A DNA stretch of 64,000 nt, from contig NC_042998.1 in NCBI RefSeq assembly GCF_006345805.1, positions 167,028,001 through 167,092,000 on the forward strand. Reading direction: 5' to 3'. Positions 26,098 to 40,567 of this stretch are shown here, one piece after another. The notes under the pieces were generated by a model. It was not told the origin of the DNA, made no database searches, and saw only the letters and a program-made list of their open reading frames with translations. This DNA comes from Octopus sinensis. Lineage: Eukaryota. Position 1 is the stretch's first letter, and every line of letters starts with the position of its first letter. Position numbers and translations under genes: made by a program.

Positions 26098-26395
26098 AGA
26101 GCCTTGTGAGTGGATTGGGTATATGGAAACAGAAAGAAGCCCGTCGTATATATGTATATATATATGTATGTGTGTGTATATGTTTGTGTGTCTGTGTTTG
26201 TCCCCCCACCAACATCACTTGACAACCGATGCCGGTGTGTTTACGTCCCCGTAACAGCGGTTTGGAAGAAGAGACCTATAGAATAAGTACTAGACTTACA
26301 AAGAATAAGTCAAGGGGTCGAGTTGCTGGACTAAAGGCGGTGCTGCAGCATGGCCGCAGTCAAATGACTGAAACAAGTAAAAGAATAAAAGAATA
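26098..26395 (+). mobile_element. SINE family B, 5'-truncated
   Basis: agccttgtgagtggatt...gactgaaacaagtaaaaga. Confidence 0.85.
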
Positions 26396-26451
26396 TAAAA
26401 ACAAATAATCCAAACATAAATATGTGAATGCATATGTGTGTGTGTGTATGT

Positions 26452-26505
<54 letters not shown>

Positions 26506-27766
26506 TGTGTGTGTGTATGCACATATACATACGAATAGATGTGTATATATGTTGATAGACTTATATATGTTGATAGATTTATATCTGCACTTATATATTT
26601 GTGTTTGTATTAATATTCGTTTTAATGTCTGAAAATGTTAATATTAAAGTCCCAAATCGGTCAAATGTATGCCACGTTATCCACAACCGCTGTTAGGGTG
26701 CGCTAAAAATTAATTACTTTCTGTGTCCATGTGTGCGTATGCTTCGTATCTATATGTAGTTGAAGTTTGATGCTTTTCGTTTGTTTATATATAGTATAAT
26801 CAAACGCTTAGCAGATTTTGTGTTTATTTATTGAACTCTGGAGCAGAAAGGCTATGTTTAAATAAGGCTGCATCAAACCCACAAGAGATATATAATTGTT
26901 AACACACGATGGAAAACTGCAAGAGGTGTTGAAAACGAATGATACTTGAAGTCAGTTTTTTCCTCTTCTTGGAGGGCACCTGTTAAATATCAATGCACAT
27001 CAAACTCAGTGTCTCTTTTGAGTATATCACGTGTTTGTTGCGTCCTACTTTGATTTCTCAGTTACGCTTCTATGTTATTATTTCAACTTATTGAAAGACT
27101 GCTCAGGTTGTTCATCTTATCTATTCCTCAATGACGAATAAATGTTTTAAAAATAAGCCAAATATGTTGATGTATAGAGATAATAGTTATCCCCACTTAA
27201 ACAGGGATGTTCTTTCAGAACAAAGTATACTGCGGTAGTTACCGTGAGAGAAACTCCCACATTGGCTTTTTGGTGCAAAATACACTCTTGTTTACAAAGC
27301 TAGCGGAGAGATAGAACCCTGTCATCTCCAGTTCTGAGGCAACCAGGTCACATGATTTCGACCTCATTTGGTTTTGTCAATGATAGTCACTCGACTGCTA
27401 GAGGTAGCAGTGATTCATCTCCCCGCCAATGATATATATACTGACAGTACCAAAATAGGTACCATTGTCGCGATTGGCTAGTGACGTTGTTAAAAAATAT
27501 CGAGATATAATTTCGAATGCCAAAGAGATGAGGATTTCGTTTCAGCTTTTTTATATTATTTCATTCGTGCCATTTAAAATATTTCTAATTTTGAAAACTG
27601 ACATCCTATTCTTGACCCTATATAATAAACGAAATTAGACGACTGAGAGCGGCTATGTGGCACAGTTGACTAGACATTGAGCCTGTTTTGGCAAGCACAC
27701 ATATACACACACCAACATAAACAATTATATTCACACACGCGCGCAGTAATATACGCATACACTAAG

Positions 27767-27820
<54 letters not shown>

Positions 27821-28508
27821 AGAGAGAAGATAAGTTAACAGAAGAGAAAGATAAGTAAACAGAGAAAGAAACATTAAAACATCTCATATCCCACAATGGC
27901 GTAGAATCGATTTACAGGGCTGCTTAGATTATAATTAGAAAACACTGCCGAATTCATGAAGTGAAAATTGGTGACTGAATATGTTAATGAGAATATAGAC
28001 CAGTAGGATTTATGCGGTCTTCAAGTAGCTTCATTCCTGTAATCCTAATTTCGCACACAGTATTATATTAACCGAGTTTTATCGATGTTTGATGAGTGTA
28101 CAGTAATTTTAAGTACAACAAATCATTGTTGTTCTCCATACAGTGATTGCGATTGATGTTACAAAGTACATTAATATTTAGAAACATATATGGAGATAAG
28201 AATAAACATTACAATAGTCAATAAAACAATAGTAGTAACCCTGCGAGTTTCAGATACAGGAATATACACAGCCCAGATAAATAATACACATATCTATTGT
28301 TACATTTGATAATATGTTTGATGTAGAATGACAAAACAAAAACGTATGGTAATGAAGAGATCAATTAAATACAAAATGAATGGAAAATTAATATACAGAA
28401 ATAGGTCAATACTAGTTTATTACTCTTTTATTATTATTCTTTTCTTTTTTCTTATTTTAGAACGACCTCCTGAGAGTGAGATAAAAGAGAGTGATATATA
28501 TATATATA

Positions 28509-28726
28509 TGGGGGATGCTGAAAAGTTCCTGACTTTAAGGGTGTTTATGAAAAGCCTGGTTGGAGGCCCAAACTTCCAAATTCTTTTAAAGGGCTTAGTA
28601 AAACTGAAGGTTCGCTGCAATAACTGTGTGTATCTGAGAGAGGAATACGTTGAATAAATCCATAATTAACTGATGATCCTCCTGTATTTTCTCTTACCGA
28701 GCCAGAAACTTTACAGCACTCCCTTT
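28509..28726. mobile_element. Mariner-derived MITE
   Basis: Imperfect TIRs gggggatgctgaaaagttcctgact / agccagaaactttacagcactccct flanked by TA. Confidence 0.7.
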
Positions 28727-29352
28727 TAATCATTAAATGAGCGGTCACTATGAAGGACTGAAATCTCAAATAAATCTTTACTCTACTAACACAATGAGTT
28801 CTCACTCTCTTAAAAGTTTTAATATGTAATGCATTTTCATTATTATTCTCTTTCTCAGTTTCTTTCTCTTTCTTCTCTGTATTACATACACATACACACA
28901 CACACATTTACGGGAGTGTTCCTGTGTATGCCTATATGCATGTAGGTATATACATATACAGATATATATATATGTATATATATATAAGTATATGTATATA
29001 TACATAAACATATACATATTTATATGTGTACATATGTGTATGTGTGTGTGTGTGTGTGTGCCTTTTTGTGAGAAGTATGTGTGAATATGAAATGTAATGC
29101 AGGTTTTGTGCTTAAAACGTGGAATCTGTCAAGCATTCCCGTCATAATGTCAACGACATTACGTTTTTTTTATTGCCGCTTCAGCAGTAATTGTAGATAC
29201 AAAGCAAACCAGAGTATGATTCAGCAATTTTTCTTTCAGTAAATAAACCGCTTGTCAACATGGATTGAGATAATACAGACAAATCGATAGGTTAATACAC
29301 ACAGACACACACACACACGCATACACACACACATATGTATGCATATAGATTC

Positions 29353-29409
<57 letters not shown>

Positions 29410-29647
29410 ATACTATCATTTGGACTAATGGGTTATATGTTGATTAGTGTTTTGAAGTGTTTAGTAGACCACTGGTACAATTTGGGCTACCTTGTATCAT
29501 CCGTAGTCAGGGTATATTACCTTTGAATCTACTTCAGGAACTTCGAAGTCTTAGTTGAGTTAATAATAATAATCAGTTCTTAAGTAACCATATGATGGAT
29601 TTGGTATTAATCATTATTCTGTACAATGGCCGTTTCAACCCGTATAT

Positions 29648-29714
<67 letters not shown>

Positions 29715-29718
<4 letters not shown>

Positions 29719-30490
29719 TTGTACTTGTCTCTCGTGTGTTTGCATATTTTCCACCTGTTGGTGATGTCCTGTGTGTATATTTTAGTACTTTTTTTTATTT
29801 ATAATCGAACGCCACGGAGCCTTGTCCATAGTAAATTCTTACATTCATATATAATTTCTGCGACTCTACACTCGGTTTTCTTTCATTCTCTCTATCCATC
29901 CATAATCCTCTATATTTTCCGATTCTCGCCCTCTTTTTTACTGTCTTCTCTCTACCTTTCGCCCACTCCCTACTATCTTTCGTTCTTTCTCCCTTCTCCT
30001 CACTCCCTTTGTTTCTTTTCATCTCTCTGCCTCTTGCTCACACGTAACTACAGGCCATTTCTCTCACATCTATCTATTCTGACAGGATGTCCACCGGACT
30101 GGACATCGTTTCTCTCTCCTCCCGACATTTTTTTCTATTCTACTATTTACTATTTGCTATTTGCTTTAGGAATTTCTCCCGGGCGTTAACCATTACAATT
30201 TGCCTTGGCCTAACGGCCCTTAATGTCTGTCTTCGTCGATTGTTTACTTTGTACATCCACTCTGTTGGTGTTTGTTCGTCCGAAGCCCTAACTCTCCACG
30301 ACTGTTATATTTTTTTAATTTCTGGATGCTACTGTCTTACGAAGTTTCCCTATCTTGTCGTTACAAGCACGAAGTGGATCAGTAAAACAGTCGACAACTG
30401 ATGAGCGAGTTATCTTCTTTGTCCTGTACTTGAATCTCGTGTTTTTACGTATTTTTTACTCGTTGGTGATGTCCTGTACTTAATAAGTAT
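29715..30490. mobile_element. Non-coding PLE pseudo-LTR-like repeat between (TA)n tracts
   Basis: Internal repeated ggtgatgtcctgt; half hammerhead core ctgatgag near 30400; same style as 61255-62280. Confidence 0.35.
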
Positions 30491-31379
30491 CTTATATATA
30501 TATATATATATATATATACGCACACACACATTTATGTATGTATGAATATGCGCGTGCAGATATGTAAGTGTATGTGTGTGTGAAGGTATGTATGTGTGTA
30601 CATGTGTGTATTTGTTCGCTCCTCGTTTTCATTAATTCCTTTTCCTCGTTTGTAGTTACTTGTTTATGTTGGTACCTCCCAGGGCAGGGCAAAACCAATT
30701 TCTGCTTGAAGCAAGTTTCCACAGAAGTCACATACGATCATTGGTGGAGGCCTCAGCTGAATTTGTCAAATCTTTCGTCGTTATCCTCTTCATTTCTTCG
30801 AGAGTTGTGTTTCAAAATATCGACGCCGGTCTTGAGGATTTTTTGCCAAGTTGTTCTGTCTTCTATTTGTTGCCCCCAGGGTCGATGTTTGTGCTCATTA
30901 TCATGCTTTAATTGGTCTTCGTTGCGTCGCATGGCGCAACCACATAATTTCCAGCCGTCGTTGTGTTCGACGTAGAAGATTTGGAGTGACAGTCAGGTGT
31001 TATGCATGTAGTGGACATGTAGTGGACGATAATGGCTTCAAGACTGTTAGATTTGGCTTGTTCGAGGAGATTCAGATTTAGCACATGACTTTCAAGTACA
31101 GAGGACTGCATCGATCCCAGTTCTCAACTGGTTCTCATTTTATCGACCTCGAACCGATGAAAGATAAAGTAGACTTCGGTGGAATTTGAACTCAAAACGT
31201 GGAGACGGGCGAATTACCGCTAAGCATTTTGCCAGGCATGCCAACGATTCTGTCAGCTCGCAGCCTTCCTCTTATCTAATATCCATAACTTATCGAAATT
31301 TCTGTTGATAAAATCGTTCTAGTTTTCAAATGTTCTGATGGTATAAAATCCACGTCTCACAATCTTAGAGTGAGTTGGA

Positions 31380-32080
31380 AACAATCATGGCTTGATGCAG
31401 CATCAGCTTGGCTTGTAGATTCAAGTTCTTGTTTCCGAAAACACAAAGAATTTTCCAAAAGTGACATAGTAAGCTCGGATCCTGTTTTCGATGTTCTTTA
31501 CAGAGTTACACCATACGGAGAGGATGCTTCAAAAGTATGGGAACCTGTATACTTGTTAGAATGTTGATGTTGAAATCTGGAAGGATTGAGTTTCGAGTAG
31601 GTTGCATATGTATTCTGGTGCTGTGTATGTTGGTTGTCTGACTGAAAAGTTGTTTATCAATTCCTGTATGTCTTAGGGGGAATACACTGATGAGGCGTTG
31701 TTATCGGCGTACAGTAGTTCGATGGCACGAATGTTATTCTTCAATCTTTGTGATCGAAGTCTGTACAGATCACAGAGTACCCGAAGCGGTAGTTGATTCC
31801 TTAACTATGGTCGGGTGAAATTTCGTGAAATATGGCTTCAAGGTACAGGGAGTACAGAGTTGCAGCGAATACTCATCTGTGCTTTAAGATGCTGCTGGTC
31901 AGGAAATCTGGCTTGACGAGTCACCCATCTTGTCATTCCATCGTGGATAAGTACCGCAAAACAATAAGGGTAACCGAATCGCTTCATATAGCAAAGCTGC
32001 GTGAATGCCCCTGGATAGAGGAAAACTAAGTTCTGTAGATTGACTGCTTCTACCAATTTAGACGCGAACATTATTTGAGG
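31380..32080 (-). mobile_element. Degenerate RTE LINE RT fragment
   Basis: RFGYPYCFAVLIHDGM, RAIELLYADNN..DIQELINNFS and IENRIRA..TFGK motifs. Confidence 0.8.
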
Positions 32081-32599
32081 GTATTTCTCAATGCTGATGC
32101 AAGTCAGAGGTAAAACTAGCATATTAATTAGTAATCATTTGAGTCACACAGGGTTTCTTGTTTCTTCTTTGCCATTAGCCATCGCAGAGACCCTAAAGGG
32201 GTCTTTTCAAATAAATAATTGAGAGAGCAAGAGAGAGAGAGAGATAAATAAATAAATAGATAGATAGACATATAGATAGATAGATAGAGAGAGAGGGAGA
32301 GAGGGAGAGAGAGGGAGAGAGAGGACAAAAGACTGAAATTTTCTTTGTCTTATATATGTACTCCATAAACCAGAATCCATCATTTGAAGCGTCTTAACCT
32401 CTCCATTTGTAGTTACATGCATTTCTTGGAGAAGAATGTGAACGATAAGAAAACATTTATTTTCTCATAATTTAAGCATTTGTCCTCATCCTGTCAAATT
32501 ATGAACATGAGTCAGTAATTATCTACAATGCACTTAAAATTTTTTTCCCGTTGAGCAGGAAAATTAACTGTGAGTGTATCAATAAGCTTAAAATTCTAC

Positions 32600-33090
32600 A
32601 TTACTATAATGCAATTTTTAGTATGAACTGCATAACCAGGAACACTCCACTATGTTTGTCCCATAGCAGGGCAGCGGTTACTGATCCATTTTCAGTATGC
32701 TTAAATTGCGTCTGTAGCCGAAATTCATCGAAAGCGTTCAGCACAGTATAAGAGCAGTGTTCGATACTAAGACGTGTCTATGAATGGATGGAAATTTCCT
32801 TTTGCAGTTGCCCGTACAAATGGCTACGAATCAAGAAGGAACCAGATACGTGATCACGTATTGTAGAGATTACAGCGAATAAATCCATGACAAGGTTCCT
32901 TTGAACAGTTGCAAATATGCAAAATATCCACGTAAAATCACTCATGATCTAGAGCATCCCCAACATTTTCTTTTCTTTATTTTTGCATCAGAGACCATCA
33001 CAATGAGTAGAAGCTGAATACGGCTGGTGATGAAACCTAATGTTTCCAATCACAGGAAAAATTAAACGTTCATTGGGGTTAATTAATGCC
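32600..33090 (+). mobile_element. Very degenerate mariner N-terminal relic
   Basis: AEIHRK..VY..W-like HTH remnant. Confidence 0.3.
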
Positions 33091-34304
33091 ACACCACCGT
33101 ATATTTGTCTTCCTATGTCTCATTGCTCTTTTTCTTGTTTACATTACTGTGATGTGTGTGTGTGTGTATGTGTGTGTGTGTGTGGTGTGAATGTGTGGTG
33201 TATGTGTGTGTGTGGTGTGAGTGTGTGTGGTGTGCGTGTGTGTCTGGTGTATGTGTCTGGTGTGTGTGTGAGTGTGTGTGTCTGCTGTATGTCTGGTGTG
33301 TGTGTGAGTGTGTGTGTGGTGTGTGCTTGTCTGGTGTGTATGTGAGTGTGTGTATGTGTGTGTGTGTGTGTGTGTAGTGTGTGCGTATATGTGTGTGTGT
33401 GAATGTATTGACCTGACAATCGGATGCTGCAATACACCGCTGGCCACAATACAATTCCTCGCGTTGTTTTAGCATTCGATTAAATGCCACCCCACAACCT
33501 AGGTGGAAAAGCCGACATTCTTTGTAAATGAAGCGTCAGTCAGTTGTAGGGTTACCCATTTATAATTGAGTGAACCGGAGCAATATGAAATGAAGGGTTT
33601 TGTTCAAGAACATGACACACCGCTGTTCTGGGAATCGAAACCACAATCTTTTGACCAATACTAGGTCACATGCCTTTACACACATATACACATACACACA
33701 TACGCTTACATATATACATACACACGGGCATACACACACACACAGAGTGACTCGAACTAACAAGTAAGCACTCTGAGTGCTCAAATTGGTATGCCACTAA
33801 AATTCCGGTTTGAACTGCACTTGAACATGTGATTTTTGTGTCTACTTTTCTAAAGCAGCCAGAAGTGGCTTCTCCTTGTGTTGGTAGGTATAGATTAAAG
33901 CGGAAATGAAAAGGCAAATGATTTGGCAAGACTTGACTAGGACATATAATTTAGCTATACAATAAATGTAGCTAAATAATAAAAGGATAGTCTCTGACAA
34001 CTGTTTCTACAATATCCCACCGATTGGAACATCGTGCGGAATGAGGATTCCATATGCCAAGTATCTTGTCATCGGAGAGAGATAAGTTAAACATATGTAA
34101 CAGTGGAAGAATATTCCTTGTCAATGATATTGTTGTGGGTCATTTTGTGTAGAAAGGGAAGAGAAGTTCAGTTAAAAATCCAATAAAATAGGTAATCATT
34201 AGGTAAATCCATAAACAAATTAAGAAAAATCGATAATGTCTATTTGTAGGATCAAAATAGAAGATCTGGTTTGATAATAATTCATGGCGTGAGAACTTCT
34301 TACT

Positions 34305-36085
34305 TTGTATAATGATAATCATTGTTTAACGCCCGCTTTCCATGCTGGCATGGGTTGGGCGATTTTACTGAGGACTGACGAACCAGATGGCTGCACCAGG
34401 CTCCAATCTGATCTGGCAGAGTTTCTACAGCTGGATGCCCTTCCTAACGCCAACCATTCCGAGCGTGTAGTGGGTGCTTTTACGTGCCACTGGCACGAGG
34501 GCCAGTCAGGCGGTACTGGCAACAGCCATGCTCAAATGGTGTTTTTTACGTGCCACCTGCACAGGAGTACAGGCACTGGCAACGACCTCACTCGAATATT
34601 TTTTCACGTGCCACCGGCATAAGTACCAGTAAAGCGACGCTGTTAACGATCACCCTCGAATGGTGCTTTTTACATACCACCGGCTCGTAAGCCAGTTAGC
34701 TGCTCTGGCAACGATCACGCTCGGATGGTGCTCTTAGCGCTCCACTAGCACGGATGCCAATCATCGAATTTCATTTCGATTTCGAATTCAGTTGCCTCAA
34801 CAGGTCATCGCAAGCATAGTTTAGTGTCCAATGAAAGAAAGGTACGCATAAGCGGGCTGGTTACACCCCAGGCATAGGCCAGGGGTTATGGTCTCACTTG
34901 GCTTGCCGGGTCTTCTCAAGCACAGCATATTTCCAAAGGTCTCGATCACTAGTCATTGCCTCGGTGAGGACTAATGTTCGAAGGTCGTGCTTCACCACTT
35001 CATCCCAGGTCTTCCTGGATCTACCTCTTCCACAGGTTTCCTCAGCCGCTAGGATGTGGCACTTTTTCACACAGCTATCCTCATCCATTCTCGCCATATG
35101 ACCATACCAGCGCAGTCGTCTCTCTTGCACACCACATCTGATGCTTCTTAGGTCCAACTTTTCTCTCAAGGTACTTACACACTGTCGAGTAAGTACACTG
35201 ACATTACACATCCAGCGGAGCATACTGGCTTCATTCCTTGCAAGCTTACGCATGTCCTCAGCCGTCACGGCTCATGTTTCGCTGTCTTATAGCATGGCTG
35301 TTCGTACACATGCGTCATACAGTCTACCTTTTACTGTGAACGAGAGGCCCTTTGTCACCAGCAGAGGTAAGAGCTCTCCGAACTTTGCCCAGGCTATTCT
35401 TATTCTAGCAGCTACACTTTCAGTGCACCCACCCCCGCTACTGACTTGGTCCCCTAGGTAACGGAAGCTATCAACTACTTCTACTTTTTCTCCCTGGAAT
35501 GTGGCAGAAGTTGTTCTCTGCACGTTTTCAATGTTTATTGCTCCTGAGCATCTGCCACATACAAAACTATCTTCCCAGTTAGCCTTCCTTTGATATTGCT
35601 GCACCACCTATGTGTCCATAGCTTACACTGGGTACATCTTGTAGAGTTTCTACCTATGCCTTTTCTGCAGATCGAGCAGGGCCGTCTACCTTAAGGGATT
35701 TGTGATTTATCTGCCTTCCTACTTATTAGGACTTTGGTATTAGCTAGGTTGAATCTAAGGCTTTCGATTATAATCCTTGCTTCCATACCTGAAACTTCTC
35801 CTCTAGTTCTGATAGTGACTCAGCAATTAGAGCAAGGTCATCAGTATAGAGGAGCTCCCAGGGGCATCCTGTATTGAAATCCTCTGTTATTGCCTGGAGA
35901 ACTATGATAAATAGGAGGGGGCTAAGGACTGAACCTTGGTGGAACCTACCTCTACCCAGAAATATTCACTGTACTCGTTGCCAACCCTCACCTTATTGAC
36001 AGCGTCCCTGTACATGGCTCGCACAGCTCTCTCTAACCATTCATCTATCCCTAGTTTCGTCATTGATCACCAGATAAGGGATCTG
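34305..36085 (-). mobile_element. RTE LINE, 5'-truncated (RT with PHD insertion, C-terminus, repeat-containing 3' UTR)
   Basis: HQGSVLSPLLF, ELLYTDDLALIA, EVVDSFRYLGD, RRLRWYGHMARM and GRGRSRKTW motifs; 3' UTR 34305-34890. Confidence 0.92.
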
Positions 36086-36367
36086 GGGAACCTGTGAAAC
36101 CAGCTGTCTTATCAGAAATATAGAACACGACTCACTGCCCAGTTCATGAATCGAAACCACGATTTCGTGGCCGTGAATGCAACATCCTGACCACTAGGAC
36201 ACATGCTCGGACATATACATATATACATCCTTACGCGCGTGCGTGTGTGTGTCTGTATGTGTGTGTCTGTGTGTGATAAGATATGAAAACTTATGCATCA
36301 TTATAAAAGCTTAGCGTGTCTTCTTTTTGTTTCAGACTAAATAAATTCAGATTTATAAACTAGATAA

Positions 36368-37407
36368 TGGCTATAGATCGGAATACATTCATAACCATGC
36401 ACAAAGGAAGCGAAAGTAATACAATTATAGCAAAATAGCTTAAAATTAACCGAACAGCAGTCTGGAAAATTGTCAAGAAATCTCAAAAGACTGGTTCCAC
36501 CGCCGATTGATCTGGACTTGACCGAAAAAGAAATGTTACGGCGAAATCCTCGTCGTTTCGTCACAAAACTAGCTGCCACAGCAAAAATAAGCCGAACATC
36601 GACGTATCGAGTGCTGAAAGACGATCTCAGGACGCACCTCTACATGATGATCTGCCGTCATGAGCTCAAGCAAGTTTATAAAGCCAGGAGACCAGAGAGA
36701 AGTTGTCATATCCTGCGTCAGATTACTGAAGGCACACTGCCCAACCTGGTGTTCCCTGATGAAAAGAAATTTGAGATCGAACAGAGAGTAAACCACCAGA
36801 ATGACCGGCTTTAGGGTGTATCTGGCTCCATTGAGGGTAGACTGGTAAATCAACGTCAAAATCTACAGCCAGTTTGGTCGGCTTGCTGTCACAGCCACTG
36901 GAAGGTTTTCCCTTGTTTTTGAGCCCTCGGGTGTTAAAATTAACACTCAGCAATACATTAGCGACATTCTGGAAGCTGAACATGGGCGAATGAGCACTTT
37001 CAGGGTGCACCTTGAAGCCTCCAACAGGACTTGACACCCTCTCACAGCTCCAAACAGACAAGAAAAAAATTCTATCGTTTATAAGTATGGTCCTCAAGAA
37101 GCCCTGATCTCAACCCGATGGATTTTTCTGCTTAGTCCTTTCTGGAGAAGAGGGTCTCAAGCACTCGTCATACTTCGCTCGAATCTCTGAAGGCAAAACT
37201 GCGCCAGAAATGGGCTTTGATTCCGCAAGAACAGCTATGTGCCGCATGTGAAGCATTCGCACCTAGACTTAAGGCTGTGATTCGAAACAGAGGTGGTCAT
37301 ATAGAATAAATGTGATAGTATCATAATTGTTTTCCCTTTACCATTGCATTGCAATGAACGGACCCGAAATATAACAATATTGGTTGCTTTAATTTTGTGA
37401 CACCCTG
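36368..37407 (+). mobile_element. Tc1/mariner transposon (DD37D/maT-like), degenerate
   Basis: NLVFPDEKKFEIEQRVNHQNDR and SPDLNPMDF motifs; right TIR ...tgacaccctg-TA. Confidence 0.82.
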
Positions 37408-37562
37408 TATATGTATTTGTGTGCAATATATACGAGTGTTGATGATAACTTTATAGGCTCTCTATGAAGGAGTGACGCCAGAGTTGTGAAATCTTGCATA
37501 CATCAATTTCAGCCCTTCTTATTTATAACTACATTGTTCCATTCCAGATAAACCGAAATCTG

Positions 37563-38644
37563 ATTGTTCAAAGAAGACTTCAAAAGTAACTGGTAGCAAC
37601 TTCTCTTGAAAATGGACGAAGTTGAGCATCATAGTGTTACGAAGTACCTCCAGAAAAAGGTGTTAGTTCTGAAGTACGTTTATGCGGACATAGTTAATAC
37701 ATTAGGGAATAAATTTAAGTGGGAGAAGGAGAGTCTTGAAGATGACCCAAAGTCTTGACGTCCTGCATCTGCCACCACGGAGAAAGGCATTGATTGTGTA
37801 CAATATATGCTGATGGATGACAGGCGATTGACTATAAATCAAACAGCCATTGGTATTAGTCTATCCCGTGAGAGAGTTGAGAATATTCTGCACAATGAAA
37901 CTTGGCATGACGAAGGTTTCAGCTTGGTGGGTATTCATCAGACACCTCATCAAAAGCGCACCAGGTTGATCACATCACGGAAAAATCTAACATTGTTTTG
38001 AAGTTGACCATCTGGTTTCCTTGAACGTTTCCAAACCTAAAATGAGTGTTGGATCGATCATGTTGAGCCAGAGACAAAGAAGCAATCTATGCAGTGGAAA
38101 TACACCCGTTCACTTGCTCGAAAGGAGGCCAAAGTTGTTTCATCTGCCGGGAAGGTAGTGGCTTCAGATTTTTTTGGGGGATGCACAAGACATTGTTAGT
38201 TGACTATCTTCAAAAGGGCCACATCACCAACAGAGAATAGTATGCCAACTTGCTGAGGCAATTACGAAAGACTATCAAGACCAAACGCCCAAGAAAACTG
38301 AAGAATTGAGACTTGTTTGATCAGGACAATCCTCCAGCACACAAGTCCTTGGTTTCAATGGCTGCAGTGCGTGACTGTGGTTTTGAACTGGTTGATCACC
38401 CTCCCTATTCTCCTTTTTATGTCCCATCTGATTGATTTGGCCCCACCATCTGATTTAGCCCTATCATCTGATCCCCAGCATTTGGCCCCATCATTCGGCC
38501 TCATCATCTGTTGTTCCCCAACATGAAAAAATTCTTGTCTAGGAACCAATATCGCAGTGATGACGTCATATCTACTGTTAATCGAAGCACTACAACACCG
38601 ATGGAAGAAATGTGGATGCACAGTAAGGAGGACTATGTTGAAAA

Positions 38645-38647
<3 letters not shown>
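37563..38647 (+). mobile_element. Mariner (DD34D) transposase pseudogene
   Basis: EPETKKQSMQW, SAGKVVASDF, DNPPAHKS and VDHPPYSP motifs with frameshifts. Confidence 0.88.
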
Positions 38648-38713
<66 letters not shown>

Positions 38714-38880
38714 TGTGTGTGAGTGTGTATGTGTGTGTGTGTTGGCTGTTCATAAGTCAAAAAAAGAAAGACCACAATCTAAAATCTTTTTGAGCAGTTA
38801 ATATTTTATGTAGTCGTTGGTTATGGCCAGTCAGAAAGTAACCATTAGGTTCACATCTATTAATGATTTTAGCAATATAT

Positions 38881-39110
38881 ATTTCTTTACTACCCACAAG
38901 GGGCTAAACACAGAGGGGACAAACAAGGACAGACAAATGGATTAAGTCGATTACATCGACCCCAGTGCGTAACTGGTACTTAATTTATCGACCCCGAAAG
39001 GATGAAAGGCAAAGTCGACCTCGGCGGAATTTGAACTCGGAACGCAACGACAGACGAAATACGGCTACGAATTTCGCCCGGCGTGCTAACGTTTCTGCCA
39101 GCTCGCCGCC
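38881..39110 (-). mobile_element. SINE family A, full length
   Basis: Consensus-like reverse copy. Confidence 0.9.
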
Positions 39111-39864
39111 TTTTAGGTGACTAGTCAGACCCGCTGGCCTCTTGCCATGACCAGCGGGTGAGATGAGAAACATATTGTTGAGAGCAATAATAAACACAAA
39201 ACCACATTGGTTAATTTCGAAGTGGCCATAACCTGCGACTGAATATAATATTACTCCTCTATATATACAACACATACTCCGCATATCATCAAAATTCATA
39301 TTAAAAGCAAAAACAAAAACCAAAAAAGAACGTAATCTCACTGCTGTCACCAGTTTGAACAACAATACGAGAAAAAAAATATATTAAGTGAAAAAAAAAA
39401 AACAGCGAAATAATTTAAATAAAAGATTTTTAAAAAAACATAGAGTTTAGAGGTAGGGTGGGACCACAAAACAACAGCAATAACAACAACAGCAACCTGA
39501 CAGACATAAAGCGTAAGGGAATCAGCCGACGTTTCTAAAAACTTGACGCAAAATTTTCGCTGCTATTTTAGCTTTTCTCGACTTCAATAGATACCCCGCC
39601 GCATACACTCCGTCCCTACTCCGACAATCCGACAATACTCACTCATCGTTACACCAAGACCTTTCCACCCGCCTTCTGCCCTCCTCTCTCTTGCTGGTTT
39701 TTCTTCTATTTCATCATATTATTTATCAAAAAGTAAAGAAAAGAAAAAAAAACTTAGAGGGGTATCAAAAAAAAAAAAAAAATTAACGAACAAACTATCA
39801 GGGACGAATAAGTTGGAAGGAGAGAAGGTAGATGTGGGGTGGGGTAGAGTACATGTGTGTGTAT

Positions 39865-39899
<35 letters not shown>

Positions 39900-40521
39900 G
39901 AAATGTATGTAGGGTGGTAAAAAATGAAAAGCGCGCGAAACTCAGTGTCATGACTTGAGTAGCGGTGCGACAGGAATTTGGGTCATACAACACGAGAAAA
40001 ACAAATGACGTCAGACCTATTTTATGAACACAGACACACACACACACACATATATAGATATATATAGACTTATATGTATATACATGCACACACACACACA
40101 CGCATATATATATATATATATGGGTGTGATTTTAGAGGGAGTGGCTGTATGTGTCAATGTATGAGGGTGTGCATGTATATGTAAGTATATAAATATATAC
40201 ATGCATACACACACACACACACATAGATAGATACTCTCGCTCTCTCTCTCACACACACACACTCACACACACACACACATACATCTAAAAGAAAGAGAAA
40301 GGCATATATGCATTTGAAGCATAGAGATACATACATACATACATACATACATACATACATACATACATACATACATACATACATACATACATGTATACAT
40401 ACATATATGTATGTATATATATTTATATATATGCATGTATGAGTGTCTAAGTATATGGGTATATATAAGTGCAGCTCACATACAAGTACAGCGATATATT
40501 ATGTACGTATTTATGTGTGTG

Positions 40522-40567
<46 letters not shown>

